DNA of 62,199 nt, filler included, from Gonapodya sp. JEL0774 (lineage: Eukaryota): the NCBI GenBank assembly GCA_027604505.1. It is 19 parts of 19 records of this genome, joined end to end, with 100 filler letters (N's around TTAATTAATTAA, not from the genome) between each part and the next. Parts side by side here need not be neighbours in the genome. Positions count along the whole stretch, not along the records: positions 13,167 to 16,353 come from JADIIX010001414.1; positions 16,454 to 19,635 come from JADIIX010001415.1; positions 19,736 to 22,916 come from JADIIX010001416.1; positions 23,017 to 26,196 come from JADIIX010001417.1; 15 more parts are not named here. One strand, given 5' to 3'. Under the pieces are notes generated by a model. It worked only from the letters and a program-made list of their open reading frames with translations, was not told the DNA's origin and ran no database searches. Both the position numbers and the translations under genes were made by a program. How positions within the stretch are numbered: the stretch's first letter is position 1; every line of letters begins with the position of its first letter. This document shows positions 13,167 to 23,838 of this stretch, one piece after another.

Positions 13167-14453
13167 CTCCCTTCCTCCTCGCCTCTCGTCGCGTCGCTCG
13201 CTGCGGTGGCAGTCGTTGCTACGGCTCCGCTTCTGCTCGTCTCATTCATGCCAGAGAACATCTCACCCACCATTTTGAACGCCTTGGTGGCCTTCGCCGG
13301 CGGCACTGTTCTCGGCGATGTATTCCTACATTTGATTCCGCACGCTAAAATGGCACACGAAGCTGCAACTCTTTCAGTGAACATTGATTCTCTCACCGAG
13401 CAGGCCGCCCATGCTCACGCGCAAGCTTTAAATTCTCACAGTCACGAAGCTCACGGCCATGCTCACGGCCATGACCACTCGTCTCACTCTGCGCATTCCC
13501 ACTCTTTGTCATCGTTCGCAGTAGAGTTCGCGGTACTCGCTGGGATCTTGACCTTTTTCTTGCTCGAACGTGTCCTCAACTCGGTTGTCAAGTCCAGGTC
13601 GGAGGCGAACAAGGAGACGGCAGCTTCGTCAGCAGGAAAATCAAAGCTGACGGGAAAAGATAACAGCGAAGGGACCCAGGGCCACGACCACGGCTCCAGT
13701 CACTCCCACGATAGTGGGCATACTCACACAGACCATTCTCACTCGGACCATGCTCACTCGGATCACGCGCACGGTCAGCACACTCACTCCATACAATCAT
13801 CAATCAACACTCCGCTCATTCCCACAATTTCCTTGCTCACCACTCTCCCTCCCGCCCTCCTCCTCCACCTTCTTTCGATGTTTTCCCACTCTTTCCTCGA
13901 CTCCCTCGCATTGACCCTTTCTTTTCTATCCTCTCCTGACTCTCTCTCGTCCTCACCTCCTTCTTCTTCAAGTGCCGCTCTCACCTCTGGTCTTGCCACC
14001 TCACTCGCCGTGTTCGTCCACGAACTGCCCCACCGATTGGGCGACCGCGCCGTCATGCTCAAGCACGGTGCGAGCCCCCAGCTAGCGCAACAGATCGAAC
14101 TCGCTGGTGGGATTGGAGGCTTCGCGTGGGGGTGGATTGCGGCTGTGGGACTCGTGTACGCTGGTGGAGGGGGAGGTTCCGCAACAGAGGGTGAAAATGC
14201 TGCCGGAGGGTTTGTTGGCTGGGCTAGTCCCTTTGCAGCTGGTGCCATGCTTTACATGTCACTTGTTGGTGTGTTGGGAGGACTTGTTGGTCACGATCAT
14301 GATCATGGACACGAAGATCACGGTCACTCACACGGGCACAACGGGCAGAAGACAGTGAAAGAATCGCCCTACCTTAGCCCCCTTTTGGAAGCTTTGGCGC
14401 TCGTGGGTGGTGTTGGCCTGATGGCGTACATTGCGGTACAGGAGGGCCACTGA
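13167..14453 (+). CDS. ZIP-family (LIV-1/ZIP7/Yke4-like) metal transporter, His-rich, 5' truncated
   Basis: LVAFAGGTVLGDVFLHLIPH, His-rich loops, VLAGILTFFLLER, HELPHRLGD (HEXPHEXGD variant), PFAAGAMLYMSLV. Confidence 0.9.
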   Translation, partial: LPSSSPLVASLAAVAVVATAPLLLVSFMPENISPTILNALVAFAGGTVLGDVFLHLIPHAKMAHEAATLSVNIDSLTEQAAHAHAQALNSHSHEAHGHAHGHDHSSHSAHSHSLSSFAVEFAVLAGILTFFLLERVLNSVVKSRSEANKETAASSAGKSKLTGKDNSEGTQGHDHGSSHSHDSGHTHTDHSHSDHAHSDHAHGQHTHSIQSSINTPLIPTISLLTTLPPALLLHLLSMFSHSFLDSLALTLSFLSSPDSLSSSPPSSSSAALTSGLATSLAVFVHELPHRLGDRAVMLKHGASPQLAQQIELAGGIGGFAWGWIAAVGLVYAGGGGGSATEGENAAGGFVGWASPFAAGAMLYMSLVGVLGGLVGHDHDHGHEDHGHSHGHNGQKTVKESPYLSPLLEALALVGGVGLMAYIAVQEGH

Positions 14454-14620
14454 TACGCAGACTGGTCTAAGACAGTAGTGAACATAGCGAGTCTTTGAAT
14501 GAACCATGTTTCAAAGACGCATGCGACTGATAGAAATAGGACGGGTCACTGCACAGTCGTCTTCCCGTACCACACATCTTTTACATACAACAGGTGACAA
14601 AATGATCAGCAGCGCGATTG

Positions 14621-15547
14621 TTAGTCTGAGTCATTTGATTCCCCGTTACTTTCTGAAGATTCGTCGTCGCTGTAATATGACTCTCCAATGATGTCCAAAA
14701 TATCCGTCCATTCCTCATTCCTCGCCGATTCAATCGCCTCACGTCTCAGCTCCGACTGAACCCCTGGGTCCGCTCCCCGATCCAGTAGAAACTGGACCAT
14801 CTCCGCACTACCGTACATCACGGCGTACCAAAGCACCTCTTGCCCATGTGCGTGAATGTCGATCCCTTCGCGATCGACAAGGAGGACGTGCACAACATCC
14901 ATGTGACCATTCCGCGCCGCTGTGCGGATGCAACTTTGGACTGTGATGGGCTCAATACATGTGGCTGTAGCGACATTCAGCAGATACCGCACCACGTCTA
15001 CGTATCCTCCGCTTGAGGTCACGTACAGTGCCATGCCGATGTTAATCTGTATGCCAGGGTCCTTCTCCACAATCAATTTCACTACATCGAGGTGTCCCTT
15101 TTCACAAGCGCGGATGAGAGGTCGCCGCGAGTTGCCACCCTCGTCACATTCTGCACCAAGAGCGAGGAGAACACGAACTGTCTCCGCATTTCCAACACTT
15201 GCCGCGGCGTTTAACGGGGTGATAGCTTCAGCATGCCATGATCTTTCTCTCGCCCTATATTTGTTCAAGTCATACCCCTGGTCAATCCGGGAGAGACGAG
15301 TGCAGATCGCCTCGACGACCACATGCTGGCTTGGCCCCAGCCTTCGACATTCATGTACAAGCGCCGCGGCGCCAGAAGTGTAGTGAGCGATGGCGCGGAT
15401 GCCGATAGTGTGCGGTTGGCTGAAGATCCCCAGCAAAGCTCGGTTGAGCGCGTTGGTTGGGAAACCCAGTCGATACGGCAAAAAAACGCCGATACGTATA
15501 AGGATTTCAGTAGGCAGATCCGTGATTGTGACTTTGATGGCCGACAT
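14621..15547 (-). CDS. F-box-like N-terminus + ankyrin-repeat protein
   Basis: ITDLPTEILIRIG (F-box-like) followed by ANK repeats TPLNAAASVGNAETVRVLL, PLIRACEKGHLDVVKLIV, AARNGHMDVVHVLL and AVMYGSAEMVQFLLDRGAD; intronless. Start taken at MSAIKV. Confidence 0.85.
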   Translation of the reverse strand: MSAIKVTITDLPTEILIRIGVFLPYRLGFPTNALNRALLGIFSQPHTIGIRAIAHYTSGAAALVHECRRLGPSQHVVVEAICTRLSRIDQGYDLNKYRARERSWHAEAITPLNAAASVGNAETVRVLLALGAECDEGGNSRRPLIRACEKGHLDVVKLIVEKDPGIQINIGMALYVTSSGGYVDVVRYLLNVATATCIEPITVQSCIRTAARNGHMDVVHVLLVDREGIDIHAHGQEVLWYAVMYGSAEMVQFLLDRGADPGVQSELRREAIESARNEEWTDILDIIGESYYSDDESSESNGESNDSD

Positions 15548-15741
15548 TCTTGTTGGGAGACAGCATGTGCCAGGCAGCACACGCTCAGATCAGGCCAGAA
15601 ACAGCACTTGCTTTTGATACTCAACGCGTCCGTTATAAGACGTTCTTTGCTCTTGCTCCCTTTGTTTCCCTCATTCTTTGACAGTGAAGGATCCGCTCGT
15701 CTTTACCTCTTCGCGTTCATACGTCAAAGCACAAGTCGAAT

Positions 15742-16353
15742 ATGGCTCCAATGGTAACCAGACTCACCGACCTCCCCACGGAAATCCTTCTCCGTATTGG
15801 GCAATGTTTGCCTCATCGCCTCGGATTTCCATCTGGCGCTCTCAACAAGCGTCTCTCTGCAATCTTCCGAACGCCCTCAAACATTGCAATCCGGGCAATC
15901 GCTCACCACAAGTCTTGCGCCCGAGCATTGGTTCGGGAGAGCTCGAGGTACGAGCACGACCAGAACCTTGTTGTAGAGGCAATTTATCAGAAAGGGATCT
16001 CAGGGTCCCCCAGCTTCCACGTGAATGAGATCGTTGATAATCATCGGGGTCCAGCAAGGAATGCTCTAATCGCTTCTGTCGAGACTGGAAACATCAAAGT
16101 TGTTGCAACGTTGCTGAAACTTGGTGCGGACGTTCAGAGGGGACTTCCAACGCCCCTGTATTTTGCTTGCGAACAGGGGAATCTTGAAATCGTCAGGCTG
16201 CTGGCAGATAGTGGGGCGGACGTTACCAACTGCAGCTACGCTTTGTTGCGCTGCTGCTCAATACGTGGTCATGTCGACGTTGTGCGGTTTCTGTTGACTC
16301 AAGGAGTCGCTGCAGACGGACTTCTTCAGGCAGCTGGTGCGGGTCACCTCGAG
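15742..16353 (+). CDS. F-box-like N-terminus + ankyrin-repeat protein (paralog of the minus-strand gene), 3' truncated
   Basis: LTDLPTEILLRIG..LPHRLGFP..IRAIAH; ANK repeats TPLYFACEQGNLEIVRLLADSGAD and GHVDVVRFLL. Confidence 0.85.
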
Positions 16354-16453
16354 NNNNNNNNNNNNNNNNNNNNNNNNNNNNNNNNNNNNNNNNNNNNTTA
16401 ATTAATTAANNNNNNNNNNNNNNNNNNNNNNNNNNNNNNNNNNNNNNNNNNNN

Positions 16454-16577
16454 GCCGAGAGAGCAAACCAAGTGTGCGGTGGTGATCTGGAAGACAGAGA
16501 CAATGATCAAGCAGGGATGTGTGACGTGTCTGTCGAAACGCTGACTCACCGATACTCAAGTGATAATACTCGTTCAT
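16454..16577 (-). CDS. Possible first exons of an unidentified gene
   Basis: ATG at 16577, MNEYYHLSI, then a canonical GTGAGT...TTCCAG intron and an open frame to the contig end. Confidence 0.3.
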
Positions 16578-19171
16578 TTGGTCGGCGGGCCGGTAGTTGA
16601 TAGTCTCAGTTTTGGCGCAGAGCTTGCTTTTGAGTTTTTGTTATTGTCGTAGAATATGAATGAGTTGAGTGGGTATTTTCTTGGAGATTCGGATCATTCC
16701 GAAAGGTCCGTTGATCCGTGCACCATCCACGTGATCACGTGAAATCTTCGGAGGCTTCGAACTTGTGAGTACAAAAGCAAGAATCAAATTGGATTCACAT
16801 ACCGTTACTCCACTCTACTTTGGTTGCTAACTTCGTCTCTGTCATCATACAAACTCAAAAATGAAGCATCATTGCCCGGCCGGCTACCACCGTCTGTTTC
16901 TCATCAACTCTTGAAACTTTTGCATAAACTAATATCTTGTCCTGGAAGTGACTCGTCCTTGCCTCCAGACAACGTCATTTGAGGTTGAAAGTGTCCGTTC
17001 GATGCAGGGCTGAAACACCGAACATGGCGGTCTGGTTGTCAACGCCATCCAGTTTAGGGCTCAACACATGACCGTTATTCTTGTTTGGCCACTCAAGAAC
17101 CTTTGCGACCTTGCTCAATCCTTCCAGCGGACCAAGCATGACGACTCCGGAAGATGTCATTCGGTGTCGGACTTTCCGAGGTGTCGGTGGACATACCGTT
17201 GGTGTCTCGGGAAGGATCTGAAGAGGCGGAGTAGAAAAGCGAGTGGGGATGTCCTTGCGGGGAGGGTCGGTGGTGGATGGAGGGACAGTGATTCGAGGAA
17301 TTGCTTCTGCAGGGACGGTAGGCACGGTGTTTCCAAGGTTCGGGTAACGGATAGACACGCCAATGTTGGGCCCTACGACGACGTACTACGTTTAAAGCAT
17401 TTGAAAGGCACAACTGCTGCAGAGCTGAAATCCTCACACATCATGAGCGTTCTTACCCGAGAGAACGGAACGTTATGAAAGGTGGACAGAGGGTTGAATC
17501 GCCTCTCGAAAAGTTGAAGAATGTGGGAAGAGAGGGAGTCTCCAATGAGCGTCTGTATTCGTTGTGTTCGAACAAAGGAATGATGACGAAGTTGCTGCTC
17601 CCGATTCCCTTGCACGTGCCTCGTCGCACCATCCTCCGAACGGTGCCGGGTCCTCGGCGTCACAGCGAACCCCCAAGATCTTAATAGGAGTTGATAGGTG
17701 GGACAAGAACGTGAAGCCGTGGTCATTTCAATATTTGAGTGCCACTCCTGTGCTGCTGCTGCATAAGTGTGCTCTGTATCCGGCCGCCAAAAGAACTCCA
17801 TGACTCATGCAAGTGCCTGATATCCTCTCAGCGTCCCAGCTGACTGAACGTGGTGCTGCTGTCAACAGAGAGATCACTATCATTCTCCTGATGGCCCCAC
17901 GTGACCTTGTACTGAATTGGACGTAGGCTACTTACTGTGAATTCTTTTTGAGCTCATGAGACAGTACCGTCCCTTTCACATCATGTACAACTAACAAATC
18001 ATACAATTCTCCTCGCGATGATCCTCCAGTGTATCACTTTTGTCTTCCGACGCCGCGCACTAGCTTGATCTCGGCTCCCTAATCAATACGGTCCCCCCCA
18101 GTTGCTCTTGGCTTCCTCTCTTGCCGCCTTGGTAGCCTTGACATAATCACCTTCCTTTAGCGCACCCTCTGCTTTGAGGTGGTGGCCAAGAGTGGTACCA
18201 GGAAGTGCGTGGCCAACACCACGCTGGTGGATAGGTTCCCGAAAACGGTATGCAGGAGTTCCAGATACTTTATCCGAAAGTATTTGGAATTACAGAACGC
18301 ACCTCGGTCATTCCTTCGGCGTAGGTTGTAGCCTATGTAATGGCATAGGAATAGGATGAAAAGGGAAGCTTGCAGGTGAGCTGATCTGCTTCAATGCGGT
18401 GCGCTAGGGCACCTTCGATTGGCACTCAACTCACTCCACTCACGGTCCCAGCCGGAAGATGAGAAGCCGCTACTTCAGCTTTAGTGATGTCGCCCTTCTT
18501 GAGAGCACCTTCAGCCTTCAGCTCGTGGCCGAGATCGGTACCGGGAAGCTGATGACGTCAGAAGGTGACGCGAAGACACATCGAAAGGGGGTCCCGAGAA
18601 GGCGAAGGAGAGCGAATATCAGCAAGTCAGTACAGATTTAGTCTCAAAAACATGTCACCGCCGTTTCCACGGGGCAGAAGCTCTTCCGGATTCACAGTCC
18701 CTCACCATATGTCCCGCGAGCCGCTCAACAGTTCCTTCAATCTTCTGTGTGATTGGTACGGAAATCTTGTCCGACATCCTTAAACGGATCAACTGCGGTT
18801 ATTTAGGTTGAACTTTCGGGGAGTGTCAGTAGTGAAGTTTTGTGGGGCTTCGAGTTATCAGTCTGTACGCTCACGAATTATTAGCCCAGTGCTCCACAAC
18901 ACCACCGTGAGGCCTTCCATCCGATGTCCTAATCTCTGTGCCGCTGTGGAAACCGAGAGATTAGATTCGTCGCCTAATGAGGTTGTGCTAACTTTATAGA
19001 AGGTAAAAGTTCACCTCCCAGTATGATTATTTTGCCCCGCTCGCATGCAGACGGAGTCTGAATTTTTGCTCTTTACTCTGGAAGTAATGAACAAATATAT
19101 ATGTTTAAGTATTTCATTGGAGTTTTGAAAAAGTCTGACGGTATATATTCCATCACTCACCAACCATTGCG

Positions 19172-19635
19172 ATGGAGGGTTTCACTTCATCGCCCGAAAG
19201 CTCTAGAGGGAGCAGCCGCACTCCGTCAATCATTCTTCCTCGCTTTAAAAGAAAGGTTCTCAGCCGCCCGCGTACTCCAGGAAGCAACGGGTCTCATTCT
19301 CGATCACGGAACATCGGAGCACGCGATCGCGATGGGGATCGTCCGCTCAGAAAACGACAAGACGCGTCGACCAAACCCAAGATTATCGAACTGGAAGATG
19401 AAATCGCGAGATTGAGGGAGGAACTGGTTGCGACGGTAGCGACCGTTCGAAGCATACAAGAGTGCATCAAAGCAAGGGATGGACAGAAGGGGAGAGACAA
19501 TGATGAAGCCGATGATGGTCTCTCTGAGACCACGTATCCTCCCACTGAATGTCAGACAGACACATCAGCCGTGTCAGCTCACGCTCTCGCAACGACGCTG
19601 TCGCACATCGAGCTCCTCCATTCCAAGCTCGCGAA
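19172..19635 (+). CDS. Hypothetical protein with a coiled-coil segment, 3' truncated
   Basis: ORF open to the contig end, containing KIIELEDEIARLREELVATVATV. Confidence 0.4.
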
Positions 19636-19735
19636 NNNNNNNNNNNNNNNNNNNNNNNNNNNNNNNNNNNNNNNNNNNNTTAATTAATTAANNNNNNNNN
19701 NNNNNNNNNNNNNNNNNNNNNNNNNNNNNNNNNNN

Positions 19736-21872
19736 GGTGACGAGTCGGCCGAAGAGGAGGTGGAAGGACGTGAGATGACAACGGAAGTGGTGGGAACGGC
19801 CACTTGCGTCTGAGAGGCCGACGGAGTTAGTGCCGCCTGTGTTGGACCGGCACCAGCTGTTGTCACAGCGGGAGCTGGCGCTGCAGGGGGAGGTGACGCG
19901 GCGGTCGGTGCGGCTGGTGGAGCAGGGGGCGGTGGCGTTCCCACGACCGGAGGTGGGGCAGCTGGTGGGACAGCAGTGGGAGGAGGCGGCGTGGCTGACG
20001 GGGGTGGGGGTGGTGTGACAGCAGGGGGTGGTGGCGGAGCCGCTATAGCATTGCTTGGTTAGTTTGAAATACACAATGCACTAACAACTTCAGATCTGAT
20101 GTGCATACCTGGGGGAGTAGCAGGAGGTGGTGGCGGAGGGACCGCAGGAGGAGGGGGAGGTGCTTTGACGAAGGAACATTGATTCACGATTCCGTTTGAT
20201 CAGCAATTACACGGACTCACGCGTGGCAGGTGGGGGTGGCGTTGCAGGTGGGGGAGGGGGCAGACTGGGCGGTGGCGGTGACGGGGGAGGGGGTGGGGGA
20301 GGAGGGGGCGGTGGAGGTGGTGGTGGTGGAGGCGGCGGCGTGGGAGGCGGTGGAGGTGGCGATGGTGGAGGTGGTGGAGGGGTGGGCGGTGGTGGGGGAG
20401 GTGGAGGGGTGTCCGGCGGCGGTGGCGCTGGTGGTGTGGGATCTAGGTTTGCAACAGGTCATAGCGGTCATTTATGCACTACCCGATTGCTAATTTACGT
20501 GTCCAGGTATAGAAACATACCACCAGAAGGTTGCTGGCGCTTCTTGAGGGTCGGGGATGCGATGTTGAGCGAAGGGGAACCGCGAACTTGTACGAAGCGT
20601 TGAATGGCATCTGATAAGGCACGAATGGTACCAGCCATGGGTTGAAACAAAGAATCGTCGGTGCTGAGACCGAAGTTGTAATGAAGGCATTGATTTAGTC
20701 AACCTCCTAACCTCAGGATCGAAAGTATGAGGACTCACATTTTGTGCATGACGAACAGGTTTGGACCGCCCAACCCGACCACAGAAGCCTCCACACAAGT
20801 TCCAAACTCATGTTTTCCACCCTTCACAAAGGCTGCCCCGTCACATGGCTTATCTGCGTATACGTCCCACCCATCCTGAGCAGAGTTGCGAATGTATCCT
20901 GAAGCCCGCAGTGCTTTGCCACCATCAATGGTCGCGAAGTAAGGATGACATGCGTCGTCGGCGAGGTGAATTGATGCGGAAACGAGACGAGAGTGGTGGC
21001 ATTCTGGGAGGATTGTGCTTGGGACGAAGTCTTCGTCAGAGACCATCTCCAACGGGCTAGGGGGTGTTTCGGGGAGGTACGTGAACAAGGCAGAGTAGGG
21101 TCGAGTTGGGGTGGGCACGTTGGCAAGACGAGCGAGGGAGGCGATGAGCTCCCGAATGGATTGGGGCCGAACGCATGCCACTCGGTTGCTTGCCTGTTGA
21201 CACAATTGGATGCGGGGTACATCAGTCAGTCCATTCGCCATCGCACCACCCAACAAGAACACAGAGCATAACTCTACGAACTACCTCTCCATTTGCCCAT
21301 ACGCACCCCGCTGTCTGTCAACCTCGCGGCATCAGCCTCTACTTTAGCGTCGCCCAGCAATTCTCCTGGAGCGAGGTACGCCAGGGAAAGGAGGCCCGAG
21401 CTACACTGCGCGTCTGCAATGGAAGGTAGACATGGTTGACCTTTGAAAGGAGAGATGAGGGAAATCATGGGTCAAGACAAAGACATAAGAGCTGTTCTCT
21501 GAAGGCGAGAAACGCCCGCCAACTCAAAATCACCCGGAGAGATTCCAATACAGAAACTCACCATCATCTCTAAGGCGATTTCCTGCATAACGGATATGGA
21601 GAGCGAGTGGAAGGCCTGTCAAGTTTTGGTATGTCGTGTCAGCTCAGGCAGCTTGTTCCCGAGCGAAGGGTCGCCGCCTGCAATCCGGAACATATCTGTC
21701 CCGCCAAAATCTGAGCTCGCTACACACCAACACAACCCGCTCCCTCGTACACGGCCACGACCTCGATTCCATCAGTATCAGTGCTAGCGGCAAGTGCGGC
21801 ACCAGCTCCCACTACCACGGCCCAGAGAGCAAAGACTTGTCGCCGACCAGCGAGCAGCGCTGGGAACCGCAT
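19736..21872 (-). CDS. Putative secreted/surface protein: signal peptide, Cys-containing domain, extensin-like polyproline tract; 3' truncated
   Basis: MRFPALLAGRRQVFALWAVVVGAGAALAAS (signal-like). Spliced exons give VYEGAGCVG-LPLALHIRY, then GQPCLPSIADAQCSSG and ACHPYF..YADKPCDG..FGTCVEAS. Very long Pro runs at about 19900-20440, then an S/T-rich stalk. Confidence 0.6.
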
Positions 21873-22487
21873 TTTTGTCACTTCTCGAGCTCTTGCGAGC
21901 GTCTGTCCGCTTGGCGTTCTTTCTCTCACAATGCACCTTGTTTTGGTGTGTAAGCGGTCCCTGGCGCCTCCCTCAGAAAAAGACCACAAGCAGCACGGTC
22001 GAATTCTTTACATTCAGACTCAATCTCGTATTTCACTTGTGAAGACTGTTTTGCATTGGCCGCGTGTGTTCATTGTTCATTTTTTCTCTTTGCATTTTGT
22101 CTGTGATCCCATGTTCGTGAAAACCTACAACGCCCACAGGGTCCTGCAAACCAACACAACCACACACAAACAAAGAGTCCTCAACCCAACAACCAAAATA
22201 GTTTCAAAGTACGGCGAAGATTAGAAGTTGATGTTCAGCTCTCGAAATTTGAGGACAGCTCATCAAACTAAAATAACGATATCATATAAAGTCTCCCCTG
22301 ATAGGATTAATTTGCTCAGAAAGGGTAAATCAGCTATAACGATCGTACTTCGAGCTCTTTTTCGGTTCTATTTTTTCCCACTTCGAATCATGAGGTTTGG
22401 CGTTGTAGGGGAAGAAGGTCGAGCAAAATATACGTGTCCTTCCAAAACGATACATTCACACAGCACTTTACACTGATACACCTATAT

Positions 22488-22916
22488 TTACACATCTTCC
22501 TCATCCGACTCGAACTCCACCACATCGTCTTCGTCTCCCAAGTCCACCTTGTACCTCAAGACTGCCCCAATGCCGCCGAACCCTTTGACGAACTGCGTGC
22601 CTTCTGGAGTCTTATCCGTCACTATCACCAGCGAACAACCAAGCTCTTTGTGTGATTCAGCCAACCAATCCACGAGAAGAGATTGGGAGACGATTTCGAG
22701 GTCAGGTGTGGTAGAGGCTGATGGTCCTGCCAGAGCTTCGTTCCGCTTTGTAATGCTCGTGTCAACGCCAGCCTCAACCAATCTCACAGATTCTTCCCCT
22801 GTCGCCGCATCCCTCACGATCCACCGCTCAGCTGTTAACCCCTCCCAAACGATCACCGTCTCCGCCACCCCCTCTAGTGCCATTCTCCACGTCTCATTCA
22901 CTCCAAACACGTACTT
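22488..22916 (-). CDS. Eukaryotic release factor 1 (eRF1) domain 3, divergent; 5' truncated
   Basis: KYVFGVNET..ETVIVWE..LLVDWLAE..VTDKTPEGTQFVKGFGGIGAVLRYKVD plus an acidic tail. Confidence 0.88.
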   Translation of the reverse strand, partial: KYVFGVNETWRMALEGVAETVIVWEGLTAERWIVRDAATGEESVRLVEAGVDTSITKRNEALAGPSASTTPDLEIVSQSLLVDWLAESHKELGCSLVIVTDKTPEGTQFVKGFGGIGAVLRYKVDLGDEDDVVEFESDEEDV

Positions 22917-23571
22917 NNNNNNNNNNNNNNNNNNNNNNNNNNNNNNNNNNNNNNNNNNNNTTAATTAATTAANNNNNNNNNNNNNNNNNNNNNNNNNNNN
23001 NNNNNNNNNNNNNNNNTTCCTTCAAGATTTGCAACACGCCGCATCTATCCAGCAGCGTACTTGGTAGATTGATATGTTACAAAGCCTACAGAGGCCTTTG
23101 AACAATTAATTGCGATGTCTGGGAATGGTGAGCGCAGTGTGTGGCAAGCGAAAAACCAGGGTTGCGTAGCGAGTGACTCATTTGTATTTGTCACAAATTG
23201 ACTCATGAAATATAATCAGCATTATCGTATTACAGCAATGTGAAAAAATCAGGCCAATCGCACTCGATTTTACGAGTCAAACAAGCAGAGTTTTGTGCTC
23301 CCAATTCGCGCGCCTGAATTGGGAGGGCTCCCAATATTTTTGTTGAGATGGATGTTGGGTTGCTTATCTATATTTTCTCTGTGCACACAACTGAGCTTAC
23401 AAATTATGCCCTTCACCACACCCAGATTGACATACAAGCCTTTTCCCAACAGTCCTTAGATTCCTGAGAACATCCAAACTTGACACTCCCCCTCAAACAA
23501 AAGACTCCAGTCTGATTGTTTGCTGCTCCCCCTGAAACCAAACTTGTTACAATGGGGGGTCTCAAAGTTAA

Positions 23572-23697
23572 ATAGCAAGCTTGCTATGACACCCTTTGCT
23601 ATTCCGGGTAAAAGTTTTGGAGTTATAGCCTGCTATGCATTTTTGTAGCGAGGGTTTTTGGTCACTACAGACTCGTGCTATTCTGCTATCTTGCTAT
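23572..23697. repeat. Cluster of TGCTAT motifs including the 16-bp palindrome ATAGCAAGCTTGCTAT
   Basis: TGCTAT at 23582, 23597, 23631, 23676, 23684 and 23692, plus a reverse copy at 23572; perfect palindrome at 23572-23587. Confidence 0.8.
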
Positions 23698-23838
23698 CAC
23701 ACGAAACCCGCCCAAATAAATCATACGTTCTTTCTCACTCAACGAGACCATCAAGGCGCAAATAAGACTCCCAGCACCTGGAAACATCAATTGCCCAACT
23801 TCCGCCTTGCGCTATAAGGAAATCAGGTTCAAATCACG

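Noticed and set aside
16975..18999. Numerous 60-140 aa ORFs in contig 6
   Set aside because: No recognisable motifs or consistent splice model; possibly degenerate sequence.
20196..20603. Gly-rich ORFs on the + strand here and at 3691-3930 on the - strand
   Set aside because: These are antisense shadows of polyproline-coding exons.
21640..21665. Possible CxxU selenoprotein motif (SCLS-TGA) on the minus strand
   Set aside because: It falls inside a well-formed intron (GCTGAC branch site, TTGACAG acceptor), and that frame closes with TAG soon after; no SECIS was identified.
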